This document shows, one piece after another, positions 13,202 to 26,345 of a DNA stretch of 64,000 nt. A program made the position numbers and the translations under genes. Below the pieces are notes generated by a model. The model worked only from the letters and a program-made list of their open reading frames with translations. It was not told where the DNA came from and ran no database searches. The stretch spans positions 15,438,001 through 15,502,000 of the forward strand of contig NC_045138.2 of NCBI RefSeq assembly GCF_008831285.2. Direction: 5' to 3'. Each line of letters begins with the position of its first letter. Position 1 is the first letter of the stretch. Source of the stretch: Nymphaea colorata (lineage: Eukaryota).

Positions 13202-15790
13202 CCACACATCACATTGGTTCCTTGCTGGCACAGCAGAAGACTTTTCATTTACGAATCGGATGAAAATATTTTAAATTATTTTTTGTATTCATATAAACAC
13301 AAAAACATACCAAAACATTAATATATGACTACAAAAACAATATATGCCGATGGCCCCGGTATATAAAAATAGGCACAAATGAAGGTTTTCTTTTCCATGA
13401 AACATTTATTGACAAAAAATGGGGTGGCGTCGAGTGGGTCGTTGGGTTTGGCTCACCAGTCTTAACGAACAAATAATTTATCCCAAAAATGAGAGGAGAG
13501 CTGAATATCTCTGTTCAATCATTTGCAGAGAAATTTGTAGCATAGAAATGCACTTATGATAGTGAAAAAAACACACCTAACTTTTCGATATTATTCGATA
13601 TGTCATCGACGCCTTTCATCCTTAGTAAAAATAAAGATTTAGACAAATTTCGCCGATTTTCGCCCGAGTAAACATCTTTAATTAAAGACTCAAACATGCA
13701 AAGATTTCAATTATCTTAGCAAATATATAACACATTGTCGGCTCGAGTGTTACTTTTTTGAACTGCAAACGGTGCGGCCAAAGGAGGTAAAAGGGAGATA
13801 GTTTGACTTCTCGGGCATCACCTCCAAAACCATATGCACAAATAGGTTGAGGATGTTTCAGCATTAAAGTTGGATGAAATACTCTTCCCCTTCATCCCGA
13901 CTGCTTGCTTTTGAATAATAAAATCTAATCTAATGATCAACCAGTCAAGCTTTTCTTTCTTTCTTTCTTATTTGGTGTTGAAATGTTCAACAGCAATGGT
14001 GGTGGCCCCGTTTGGAGTTTGTGACTTTGGGGTTTGGTTTCAACACCTTCCTGGTTGAGACGTGGTGCTCTTGACTTCTCCAACTGCAACCCAATCCGTG
14101 GAGCTCTTTGGCATCGATCGCTGCTCAATTATTGTTCTTCATGTTAATATGGGACCGGCGATTTACTTTGGAAAATTTGTATCTAAAAGTAAGTTGCGAT
14201 TAATTTAATTCACATTTTTATCTGAATAAGTTGAAAGAAGAATGGGTTTCGGATAGATACAAAAATTCAAATCGCAAAAGCCAAAATCTGTTCGTTCGCA
14301 CATGACCCAGTTACTTTAGTTCACTGAACAAAACACTTTCTTTTCAGTGTTCTCAACAGCTGTGTGCGTGAATCTGTGTTCATCGCGCCGGCCACCGTCG
14401 TATAAGCAAAAAATTAAAAGGCTTTAACGAATCAGCCAAAAAACATTAAAAAGTTATTACAATTTACTAAAAATAGAGGTATTCACAAAACAAATAAAAA
14501 GATAAGAAATTTTCAAAAATATCTTCAAATAACTAGAGACCAAAATTGGTCGATTCACGCCGATTTAGCTTTTTTTTTTTCTGAAAAAAAAGTGACTGGG
14601 AGTAATGAAATGTTCAATTTTCTTGTGTAATTATATCTAATGCTGCATTAAAAAAAAAGGGTGTGCACCTAGTAGATTTACAGATACAAAACGGTATGTA
14701 ATTGTTTTATGAATATGATGAACTTCAATTTTAAAACAATTACAATTCCATTTAAGAAGAAGAGAACAAGTAACGGGTGCTTGATATTTAATCGGCGGAT
14801 GTGAGTTCATGGTGATCTCATAAAGCTTGCTCTATTTTTTCATTAATTCCAGAATTGGCTGACGTTTGATCCATGGAATCCTTTCATTGCCCGATGACTA
14901 AAAAATAATGCAAAGAAAGAAACATGCAATGAACGCATCGTCGGTTTCCGGAAAGAATTGAATGCGCACCGAGTTATGGAAGAGAGAGACCGACGACGGA
15001 GGAAGCGGCCGACGCATCCGTGAACTTAAGGTGGGTCCCACCGGTCATCACAGGGCTAAAACCCCATTTTGACCCCGTCTCTGGTAACCGCAGGCCGCCG
15101 CACTGACTCTCATCCCTGCCGTTCGTGCTGGAAATCTACGGTCAAAACCGAAGCCTCCTTCGTTCAAAACGGGAGCGCAGGCTTTTGACTTTGACTGACC
15201 TGAGTGTGCGTTTTGGTAATTTAGCACCCCATCCACGTAGACGCAGAGCGGACGGGGGAGGGAGTCGCGTCGGCCAGTGGAAGTGGAACTCCTCGGAAAC
15301 ACGGTTTCCACGTTCCCCCTGATGTGGACTCACCACTTAACCGCAGCCAGGACGTGGGCCCGCCGGTCCTTACCAAGTGGAGTCGTGGGTCAAAGTTGAG
15401 CTGCGTTCAGCCGCACGCCTCTTACTCGAGTCGACTAAGATCCGTCACTTTCTTTTCTTATTTTACCAAGTAAAACTGGTCCTGAATGCGAGATTTCATT
15501 GCTTTTTCCAAGTGTAAAATCTATTTATCTTTTGAGATTTGAACCAACTGCTGGGATCATCATCATCATGCTTAGTTTAACTTGATCGTAAGAGCTTTCG
15601 ATCGAGCCGACACCCAAGTCGGCTCGAAGGGCGGCGCTCCGTATTATTGTGCCCCTCGTGCCGGTAGTCACCCTCCCTCTTCCACCACGACGACAGGGTC
15701 CAAGCAGTCCCCGCCCCGTTTTCCGCGAAGAAACGTTCCAGTCGTCCTCGTCCCTCCCCCCTTCCTCCCTTCTTTGCTCTGCCGTCTTCC

Positions 15791-15797
15791 TATAAAA
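15791..15797 (+). promoter_or_regulatory. TATA box of CAF1
   Basis: TATAAAA 134 bp upstream of the ATG, after a pyrimidine-rich stretch. A TCP-type site (GTGGGTCCCAC ~15031) and an ACGT-core motif (GACGTGG ~15351) lie further upstream. Confidence 0.65.
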
Positions 15798-15924
15798 CGA
15801 TCCGCACCTGGCCGCCTTCTCTTCACCACCACAGGAGCCATCGCTCAGAAACTTGTACAGGATTTGCAGAAGCCGCTGCTCTCCTTTGCCACCAAGCAGC
15901 AGCAGAAGCGCAAGAGGGGAGGAA

Positions 15925-16764
15925 ATGAAGACCGGTTTGGACGGGTCGACGGGGATGCCAACGGCGAAGGAGATTCGGGTGAGAGAAGTGTGGGCGCACA
16001 ATCTGGAGTCGGAGTTCGAGCTGATTCGTGAGTTGGTTGACCAGTTTCCTTTCGTTGGTATGGACACCGAGTTCCCCGGCGTCGTCATCCGCCCCCCTGC
16101 CAATTTCCGCCACCGATCCGACTGCCTGTACTCCACCCTCAAGGCCAACGTCGACGCGCTCAACCTTATACAGGTGGGGCTAACCCTCTCCGACGAGCGC
16201 GGCCGCCTCCCCGACCTCGGCGACCCCTCTGCGTCCTTCATCTGGCAGTTCAACTTCCGTGACTTTGACCCCTCCCGAGACATCTACGCCCCGGACTCGC
16301 TCGCCATCCTTGAGCGCAGCGGCATCGATTTCGCCCGTAACCTCACCGACGGCGTCGACTCCGGCCGCTTCGCTGAGCTTCTGATGTCGTCCGGCCTCGT
16401 CTGCAACGAGGCCGTCTGCTGGGTCACGTTCCACAGCGCCTACGATTTTGGGTACTTGCTCAAGCTCCTCACCTGCCAGGCGCTTCCTGCCAGCCGCCGG
16501 GACTTCCTCCGGCTGATGAGCGTCTACTTCTGCAACGTGTACGACCTCAAGCACCTTATGCGCTATACGGCCAGCCTCTACGGCGGCCTTAACAGGCTCG
16601 CCGAGTCGCTCAGCATCGAGCGGCGCGTTGGAAATTGCCATCAGGCCGGCTCCGACAGCCTGCTCACCTGGGAGGCCTTCCTCCGGATGAAGGACGACAT
16701 CTTCCGCGGGGGGATGGAGAAGTATGCAGGGGTGCTCTATGGACTAGAGGGTGTTTGCTATTGA
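15925..16764 (+). CDS. CAF1: CCR4-associated factor 1 (CAF1/POP2) poly(A) deadenylase, intronless, 279 aa (alternative ATG at 15955)
   Basis: Family motifs [49 protein letters not shown] and HQAGSDS are present, and the DEDDh catalytic residues are intact. The ORF-track start at 15853 is TTG; the first ATG is at 15925. Confidence 0.96.
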   Translation: MKTGLDGSTGMPTAKEIRVREVWAHNLESEFELIRELVDQFPFVGMDTEFPGVVIRPPANFRHRSDCLYSTLKANVDALNLIQVGLTLSDERGRLPDLGDPSASFIWQFNFRDFDPSRDIYAPDSLAILERSGIDFARNLTDGVDSGRFAELLMSSGLVCNEAVCWVTFHSAYDFGYLLKLLTCQALPASRRDFLRLMSVYFCNVYDLKHLMRYTASLYGGLNRLAESLSIERRVGNCHQAGSDSLLTWEAFLRMKDDIFRGGMEKYAGVLYGLEGVCY

Positions 16765-19700
16765 TAATAAAGGAGGACAAAGAATCATTCCTTCTTTTAT
16801 TTTCTTGTTTCTTCTCTCTTGATCTTGTCCTGCATCTCTCTGTTTTTCCGATTTTGTTGCTGTCCACTTAATCGATCGATAGAGTGGGCAAATTGTATAG
16901 AGAAATTCTTTTTAGATAAATGGTAGTTATTTGTTTAATCTCAATCCTTTCTCAACTCCTTCAAATTTTTGGGACTTTGATCTTTCTGCTGATGCCAAAA
17001 CTATTCCTTGCCGGTGGATTGTAAACCCACCTTCGTTCTGGTTTCAACTCGATGGATAGTCCTCATCTTCTGCAATTGTGCAAGCTTTCTGTTGACTTCT
17101 CCCATGGTGGTGAAATCTGCTGCTCCTACCATTCTTCAGTTACAGAAGCACATGCAGGATCAGATTTCAGAGTTTCTCTTCTTCATCAGTATAAAGAGAA
17201 TAAGGTTTTCGTTCCACAAGATTCCTTTTCCGAGTAGTTTCCTAATTGCTTTTGAAGACTGCGTGCCTTTTATGGGTTACCGAAGCTTTTTGTCTTCTTA
17301 TGTTTATCCAGCAACTCCCTACTTTTTCTCTTTGAAAACTACAATCCTAATTTAGGTTAAAAAGTAGAACCACATCCCTCTCTGATCCTATGTTTTGATT
17401 ACCGGCTTCCTTGTTTTCTTGTTCTCTTTTAGACGACTTTCTTTCCTCGCGGCACAATCTGCAGCTGCGCATTAGGCACCAATCAGCCGTAGAATAGTTT
17501 TCTTATCTAATTTTATCCTTTTTTCCCCCTTTGGTGATGACGATGGAAACCATTTATTGAAGCATCATGCTTCCTAGTTTTTGGCCTTCTGTTTGGTCAT
17601 GCTAGTTTCATTTCTGATCATATACTTGTGCTTTGGTTCTCATAAGTCACCAAATTCATCTTCCCAAGTCACAACATGATGTAAGCTTTCCCATGACTTA
17701 TAAATTTGTTCTGAGTTGATCAAGCTTACCTCATCGTTATTGTTTGAAATTGATCATTGTTCGGATCCATTTCCTTCTCCTCCGCTAAAAACTCCACATT
17801 TTCCTGATTAAGCTCAATATTGTCAAGTTAGCTGAGGTTGCATTCAAATGCTAGTGGGCCTAACCATTCTACCTGCCATTCTTTGAGTTGAAGCCAAACA
17901 CATTAGGAATTTAGGACCTCTTCCAACCATTACACTTTATGCAATTTTTCAAACTTTCTGTCTGTGGAATCTAAAAACAGATCTCACTTTCTAGTTTGCA
18001 GCTCCTGCTATGTTAACATGGTTGTGCTAAATCAGATCTCAGGCTATCAAGTGCACCCTTAACATAGTTTATTGCATATTATACTATATGTGTCTTACAA
18101 TCTTCATTCTATATTTCTTTGCACATGCTCTGATTCTACTTGAACCAACACAATATCCATACAAGCTGAAGATTTCACTTGTTTAATATTTTTTTTTTCT
18201 TGTAAGATCTTGCAATTATGTGTTTTGTGAACAGCTATGTTCTTACATATCAACACTGTTCCCCTGTCCTCCAACCTTACCCTACTGCCCTTCACTTTGT
18301 AAAACAGAATCACATATAAACCGATTTATGTCGGTTCATGTTTTGTCCTGGTAGTTGTTTTTAAAAGAGAAAACTCTAAAATCTAGCTTTCTTGATAATT
18401 TTCAAAACAATTAGGTGTGGAACTACCCCCTTCATCATAACAATTGTTGTACCAGCAACCAAATTCTAGTCTATACATGATATTTTAGAATTTGTCAAGA
18501 TCCATGATTTTGGGACTTTCATTTTTGAAGTATATTTTAATAAGCGATTGAAATTGACTGCCTTTTCTAAAGTGGTTGTTGGCATGACTGCTGCAACGAA
18601 CTTGCACCTCATTCATTTTATAAAAGAATCTGTCTTGCTTAGCTAATTGTTGCTTTACTGAAGTAGTATTATCCAAGCCATCAACCTCAGCATAGTCACG
18701 GTATGAGTCAATAAATTCTCAACAAATAAAAAGCATAAAAAATAATAATTAAAATTAAATAAATGCGCCTGATAAATTAAAAACAACTGGAAACCATATG
18801 TACATGATATTTTCTCTATTTTTATTTTGCTCCAAATGCCGATAGCAATTGGTGAGTTGGTACAGTTTATCTTTTAGCCAAGAACATGAAAGAAAAGTGC
18901 CAAGTATGGTGTAGGCCTCCTAGCTTAAAAATTTGAATAATTAGAATTAGTGCTTTGTATCGCATTTGTAATGCTAGTATTAAATAACTAAATAGCCAAG
19001 AAAAACCATGATAACAATTATAATGCCAAATATACTTTAGAATGACATTAAAATATATTAACAATATATATGAGCGCCAATGCACAACCACTGTCTAAAG
19101 ATCAAAAAAAGGAGAAAAGGATAGGCAAGGATGGAAAAGTGTGTTTTTAACGACTTGCAATTTCCATGTCGGCAATATAAGGAGAAAAATTATAATAAAT
19201 GTTCATTGGTTAGAAAGGATCATAGAAATATTTGATTATATCTATATATCTATTGGACTGCAAGTGTAATGTATCAGTTATTAGTTTGATGGAAATCTCA
19301 CCTTTGGGGAGTCAAGCAAGCCTTTCTTACCAAGAGTCTGGCCCTATTAAGTGGTCAGATACTTGAAGAGTGCCTCGTTATTAAGAAACATGTTTTACGA
19401 AAATATGGTTAATAGAGGGCTGCACGAATAGAAAAACTTTTGTTTACTTGGTGGTGATTTACCATAAAACCCAGCATACTTAGATTCACACCATCTTTCA
19501 AGTTCGGTAGAGAAAAGTGGCTTGAGTCTAGTCAGCTAAAATAATTGCAAGTGTTTTATAGAAAAATGCCTTTTAAAACTTCACCGAAAAGTATGAGAAA
19601 GTACAAAGTGAACGCGACTTAAGTTTCAGTTTCGGGTAGTAGAAATCACGAGTGTTATTCTGAAGTCACAGCAAAAATAGTCCCTAAATGAATAGAAAAG

Positions 19701-20779
19701 TTTACAAAATCCAATCAAAAGCAAAGCAGAACCTTAATTTTTGGGATTCTTTGGAAAATTGAGTCAGCCGATTCAGCAAGAATCACCTTGCTGAATTGGG
19801 TTGTTCATTTCCCAAAAAACTTCTTAACCACATGTTACTTTTTCTCAAGGCATGAGAACAATCCACAGAAACACAAATATAAGCTTCAAGATCATGACCG
19901 CATGCATCTGATCTCAAGTTCATGGATTTTGACAGGGACCTTAGGTTACTTGTTTGAAAATTGCATAATGACAACCCAAGAATCCGCAATCTATGCATCT
20001 TCTTGGATGTGAAGTCAGACTCCCAGTCTGACTGGACAACCATGGATTTGGTGGATGAAGAAAAAGATCCCAGATTCACAGTTTTAATCTGTGATTTGAA
20101 TAGACCAGTGGATTTAAGGTGGATTCCAACATCAGACCAGACCCTCTGCATAAAGACCTAAGCTAACCAAATGCCCCCAAAGAATGTCTTCCTCTATATC
20201 CATTTGTTAGAAACCAGGTTAATCACCATGACATGTCCTTACTAGAGCAAAAGGTCTATAACTGTTGGAATCATTGGCACCACCCTTTAAATCAAGTCAC
20301 TAGTGACCATGTAAATTAGCAATGTGAAACACTACTAGGACCACTCATTTCCTTGCTAGTATATCATCATCAACATATTGAGCAGTCTGTCAAGTACATA
20401 CCATGTGACCTGATCTACATAATGACCCTTCTGTAAAAGGCCTTCTGAAAAACCCATGAAGCATTAGCAGGGTCAAGGGTTTTTTCCAACGATTGGTTGC
20501 CTATAGCATTAGAATGACCCTCTAAATCCCAGAATAAAGCAAAACCAGTAATCAAAGTTCTCTACAGTGGCAGGAAAAAACAAGAACCAACATTTTCCAA
20601 CTTTTTAGTTCTCTATGAATGTATAAAAGCAAGACAAGCAGTTCTTTTGACAAGAAGCACGGCCCCTCGTAACGTTGAATGTGAGACACAAGTAAACTAC
20701 AGAGCATTTCAGTGTTCTCAGACGTGGACTCTCAAACAGAAACGGCATGACATGGCTTTCACAGAAATAGAGCTCCTCT

Positions 20780-23700
20780 CTAGAAGAAGGTTCCTTCAGG
20801 AGGTTGAACCAATTTGCGATTATGCGGAGCCGCCATCTCTTTCTTTAGCTGTACCAGGATATCCTCCATTGTATATTCTCGCTGCCAATTTGCCAGAATT
20901 CCAAACTTCCTTGGCTCAACCTGCACCCACCAAGATAATTTGTGTCTGTGAACTGAATTTCAAAGGGTTGCACGGCATGGAATACCAACAAGGTTCACAG
21001 AAGCAAATATAACTTCTGAAGAAACTATATCAACAAATTATGCAGGACAAGCTTCAGATATCAACTGAAAGGTACTCACATCTTAACTCTTTTTTCCTTT
21101 TTCTTCTCCAAGAATCGGCATAAAAGAAAAGCACGAAACTTTCCAAAACACCATATCATATGCAAGGTCATCAACACGGTAATACAAGGAAGCCATAGGC
21201 TTGGGAAGATCAAATAGCAACCCAACACGAATATGAATTGAGGATCTTGTTAGAGATGGACATGAATCATCAAAGGATGGCATAACAAACCTTAAAAGCT
21301 AAAGGGTTTGATCCTTTAAATTATAATTGAAAAACTGGGAGCACGTGAAAATAGTAAGCTGCATAGTGCATAGTCGTAATTTAGTGACAGATTAAACTAT
21401 ATAGAGCAGGTAGTCTACTAGCAACCTCCAGCTCGAGATTCAATTCAACATTTAAAGGCAAAGACAGACCCTTGGGTACTCCCTTCTATTCCTTCCGTTA
21501 AGGGAGTAGGATTGGATAACACCAGCCTGTAGGCGAACTAAATCAACTTCCACCATGAAAATGATGCAAAAAAATGCTCCCAGTATCTAAGTAGTAAAAA
21601 AAAAATAGCTCGTCCTTTAAATGCCAAGAGGAACCTAAAAACCTTTAGAAGATAACATTATATTCAGTAAACTATTATGTTTAAAGAAAAATATTATCAA
21701 TAGAAAGAAAAGAAGCAATGTGGAATTTTACCACTCCAGTCTCATGGTTGACACATGTCATGTTAATTCGTGAATGAAACCTGACGCTCGGGGGCTTGTC
21801 TGGATAGTCCTTGTCACAAAACAGCTTCAATTGGTAGATGCGACCCTCATGCACAGACTGCATACAGAAAGCACAAGACAAAGGACGACAGAAAGATTCA
21901 ATGTCTCATTCTAATTTCAACAATTGCAACAGGGTGCTCAAGAAGAAAAAGTCACCACATGAATAAGAGAGATGGAAAGCAACAAAAGACAAACACAGAG
22001 AACAATTCAATGCTTCAGATGGTGTGCTGTATGAAGGAGATGTTCATGTAAACTGTTTGCAGAACTATTGAAAGGGCAGGGAAGTTTTAATATAGAAATA
22101 TTCTGCAATACATATCCGAATCTGCAACTAACAGCAAATAGCTTTCTGTCACCATCAGATGGGCCATCAATTTTTATATTAAGAAAAGTGGGAAACCAGC
22201 CCCAATGAATCCTTGCATTCACAACAACTAACTAGTGACCCAATAACTGAGAATCCAATTCTTTCAACTTCTTGCTTCTGATATTGTTTCTTTAACCGAA
22301 CAGCAATTGAAATCATACCAAATTGATGAAAATTGAAACTCACAAACAAAAAGAATTATCTGCACAAAGGAACGATCATTCTCCCCTTGAGTAAATACAT
22401 GAAAAATCGAAAGCTATCATACAATAGAAAAGCAAGCATGAAATAGAAACCACAGAGAGAGAGAAAAAAACTTGACAGTCATTTTTCAGAAATATAAGCA
22501 GCACAAAAGAGAAAAAAAAACAAACAAAGTAGGGAAGACAAGGTCCAAAATTTCACTTACATTATGAGGACCAATGATAGTACCCGTCCAAGATCGCATG
22601 TAAATGTCATCTCCATCATCCATCCCATAGCTAACAGTCCCATCTCCAATGCCCTTCTCTCCGCGTTCCAGTTCTTCCAGCAATCTGAAATTTCGAGGTA
22701 CTGCAGAGTAGATATGGAACCAAAAAATATCAGGAACTGATCATTGTCCCCTTTTTCTCTTCTAACAGAATGAAAGGTATTATATTGCATTTTTTGCAAA
22801 TGAAACTGTGACAGTAAAAGGCAAAAGAAAAATTAGACAATTCCTTTCACATTGGCAAGTGTCTCCCATGCTATTAGGGACGTGTCAAAAGGAACCAAAT
22901 TTACGTCACTCAAAATATTAACAGCTATACTGCAAAAGCTCCTGAAGGCAAGTTGTTGGCTAGCCGAAAGAGATTAACCATTGTAGCTAACTTGTAAGTG
23001 AACTGCTAAAGATTATGTTGTCACTTGGAGTGGCTCAATGGTAACCATAGCAAGCAACAATGGCTCATTTTATATATGAGACCAGCATATTAACATCGAT
23101 ACATTTACCGTTCATTACTGCAAATGAGGAGAAGCCGTTTTCTCAAAGATGTAGGCCGCTTTGTTTCCCATTCTTTGATTAGCAAAAACATGAACATATA
23201 AAAGAGATAGTATAAAGTACTAAAACCCATCACAGGTCTGAAGGAAAGAGAAACAAATATTAACTCGGAACTATGATATCATATGTTGAGACACATTTTC
23301 TTTTTGGTGCTGGTTCTACCCATCAAATGCTACATCCAACCATTACGTACATGGGTTGGGAGACCTGAACTAAGACACTGGTAAAGTTTCATGAACATGA
23401 AAAACTTGGACTAAAATTTTCTTGGTCATGAAAAATACGTGAATATGAATCAAACTTGGAATCTTGACTCAATCTACGCTTCTTCATGGCAAACACACTT
23501 GTGTTGATCAAACAGCAAAATTTAATAGTTTGCACCAAGTGTTTAGCCCGTATAAATGAACATTTTGAAAGGATACAAGCGCACAGTACAACTAACAATT
23601 GCATTGCTTATAACATGCACCAGAAAATGCAACGACCTAGAAAATGATTTTGATCATGGTCCCTGTTTCCATATCATTATTTGGATGGACTATCCTGCCA

Positions 23701-24542
23701 CATGACATCAAGCATCCCAGTGAAAACATCACCCAATAAAGTAGGGCTCCATTTCCACTTCTCAATGTATGCCCGCTTTCTCACTTATTGCACCCTTCTT
23801 TATTTGATTCCATTTGTCTGGTGCCTTTCAGCGATTCCATTTTTATCATACCTCTGCTTTTCACAACCTTATCAAGTACCAAAAGTGCATAAGGTTCTCA
23901 AGGTTAGGACAATGCCACAAACAAAATGAGGAAAAGTGTAACAAAAGATTCAAAAAGAAGTAAAAAATAGTTAGATAAAGTTGTCCTCGTCATCCAAAAA
24001 ATAAGGAACAAAAAAAGAAGTTGGATGAAGCTAGGAAAGGTACGGTTTACAATATAAAGATGACATCGAATCTTCTTGTGGAAGAACACTAAAAAGCAGC
24101 AGCATGTTATTATCTGATGTAGCTTTCAAGTCTCAGCCTAATGGACCTAAGGAGGCCGCAGATTGCAGAGGATGAAGCAGAAAACAGAAGGAGACTCACA
24201 TATACATTTAAAACAATAAAATTGACATATTTGTCTAACCATGAAACCAAAAATTACATAAAGAAAACAATACAATGCACTGGCAATCTCAAGCACGAAA
24301 ACGCAAGGAGGAAGACAGAGAAGTCAAGATCAATTATTCAATCACGTCTGATAAGACCCTTAAATCTATCACCGTATGACTAACTTCAAGGCGCCCCATC
24401 AATTGATCTCGCCAAAAAATCACAAATCTGCCATGGAATAGAAGAAAAACAGAATACCCATCTCACAAAATCCACTTTCCCCATAAAATCATGATTTAAA
24501 ACACATACCCACAACGCCCGATCCTCCAGAACCAATCGTCAT
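20780..24542 (-). CDS. UEV1: Ubiquitin-conjugating enzyme E2 variant (UEV1/MMS2), 146 aa; exons 24542-24509, 22700-22561, 21857-21732, 20920-20780
   Basis: Spliced product [40 protein letters not shown]...[14 protein letters not shown]...[22 protein letters not shown]...QPPEGTFF*. All introns are GT-AG, and exon lengths 34+140+126+141 = 441 nt keep the frame. Confidence 0.96.
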
Positions 24543-24627
24543 GGTGTCTCTGCTTCCTTTCTTCCTTGCACTCTCCTGCAATTAAAGCTGTAACAAAACT
24601 AAATGAGGATGGGAGATGATAGGATGA

Positions 24628-24633
24628 TTTATA
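24628..24633 (-). promoter_or_regulatory. Probable TATA box of UEV1
   Basis: Minus-strand TATAAA ~85 bp upstream of the ATG at 24542. Confidence 0.5.
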
Positions 24634-26219
24634 ATCTGGTTAAAGCGGGGTCAACCGCCATGGGGAGCGACCACTCTCTCGAAAAAGGTTGGGGCAAGAG
24701 AGAGGTATTTCTAGACATCAATGGTCGAGCTTCACCCGGAATAAAGTGAGTTTTCCCAGCATAGCAAAATTTCTTCTTTTTTCCTTATTCCGACAAAAAA
24801 AAAAACATTTCAAGCTTTTCTTATTTTCTTGAGAGAAAATCTTCTTAATGGGACCAGATCTTTCCGAATAACCTGACAGTCATATAATGCCTGCAAAACT
24901 TTAAAGTGGCACACAAGTTTTCCAAATTTTATTCATGGTTATACATCATGGAATGTGTGTTATGAACCAGAAAAGACCAAATTGCCCTTAATGCTTAAAT
25001 GAAAAACCAAAAGTGGAATGTGTACAAAAGAAAAAGAAAAAAAAGTCTATAATTACCCCTCAGGTTAAAATGTGGCTATGTGAGCAGCATAGCACCGAAA
25101 TGTGTGATCTTTTGGTCATTAATCCTTGAATAGATCTTAGTTTCTAAATTTCTTGAGGCACACACTTTTCAGCAATAACTCTTGAATAAAGGGCTAACTT
25201 TACTATGATCTTTAGTCTGAAGCCAAGAAACCGAGGAACCCAACTGGGAACAACTACGGTTAAACATCTAGAAATGACAATATTAAAAAACTTCGGAAAA
25301 CTACACACTTTTAGATCTCTCCAAAGGGAAAACTTTTCTAAAAAAATATAAGACCTTTAACAATATGATCTAATTTATAAAGATTAACATCAAAAGTCAG
25401 GAGTCTCAAAAATATGTCTACGTTCGTACGATTTTCCTACTTCAGAATGGGAAAGGTTTTCGTCTATCCAACCAGCTTTCATCATCTTTTGAATCTTTTG
25501 ATAAAGTCTCTCCTACTAACATCAAGCAGAAGAATCAGTTGAACTTAAAACCCATTTAAAGAAAATGCAAGGCTTTTGCATCAGCCTTTGTAAAGAGAAC
25601 ATCTCCGACATTTGAACTAGTGATTCATTCCGCTGCTTAATTCCACTGCTTATCAGCAACAAGTTCAACCAGTTGGTTCCAATCGTGTGACGGTTGTCAT
25701 ACTCTGTTATTTGAGCAGCAAATGGTGACAAACATGAGTTAAAAGAGTGTATCATAATAAAATAAGTTCTATGAGATCTCAAAGCAAACTAAAACCTTGA
25801 AGGCATTTATAACCTTATATAGCCTTATGAGTTTTAGGCTTAAAACATTTTTTTCAAAATAAATAAATAAATATATATATATATATAATTCAGTTGGTCC
25901 TCATTCCTCGAGCAGCATTCCATTGCATCAAAATCGTAAGAATTTTATAGGAATTCGGACTTTTGTTATCAGGAGTTTAAACTCATTGGTTGATTTGTTT
26001 GTGTTATGAACCTTGGAACCTCGGAAGAAATCCAGTGGCGCAAAAAGAGCCTGGTTTTGGGCTGCTCCAGATCTGACTCATGTACGGGTCTCGGGTCTTC
26101 AATATGGTTCAACAATGGCTTAGCGCATCTACATTCGGGTCGACCTACTCCCTGTGCCATATCCGATCCGTTTGCAGGACCAAAGTCACTGGTCAGGGAG
26201 GAAAGGACTCCCCCGTCTT

Positions 26220-26232
26220 CCCTCCCAGTCTC

Positions 26233-26269
<37 letters not shown>

Positions 26270-26345
26270 CCTCCCCTTCTCCCTCGCAGAGCAGCTGGAG
26301 GGTTTATGATGACGGCTTGAAATTTGCCCTCTTAATTTATGAAAG
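26220..26345 (+). other. Probable non-coding 5' exon of the small-protein gene at 29675
   Basis: A (CT)n leader typical of plant 5' UTRs ends in the donor AAG|GTAATT at 26345/6. About 3.3 kb of T-rich intron-like DNA follows, ending in CAG acceptors at 29640 and 29653. Confidence 0.45.

Noticed and set aside
15525..16641. Long antisense ORFs (252, 153 and 96 aa) and the overlapping + strand 149-aa ORF at 15582
   Set aside because: Shadow frames of the GC-rich CAF1 CDS and promoter, with no recognisable domains.
25969..26160. 63-aa minus-strand ORF as the first coding exon of UEV1
   Set aside because: The true first exon ([11 protein letters not shown], 24542-24509) has the right sequence, phase and donor site.
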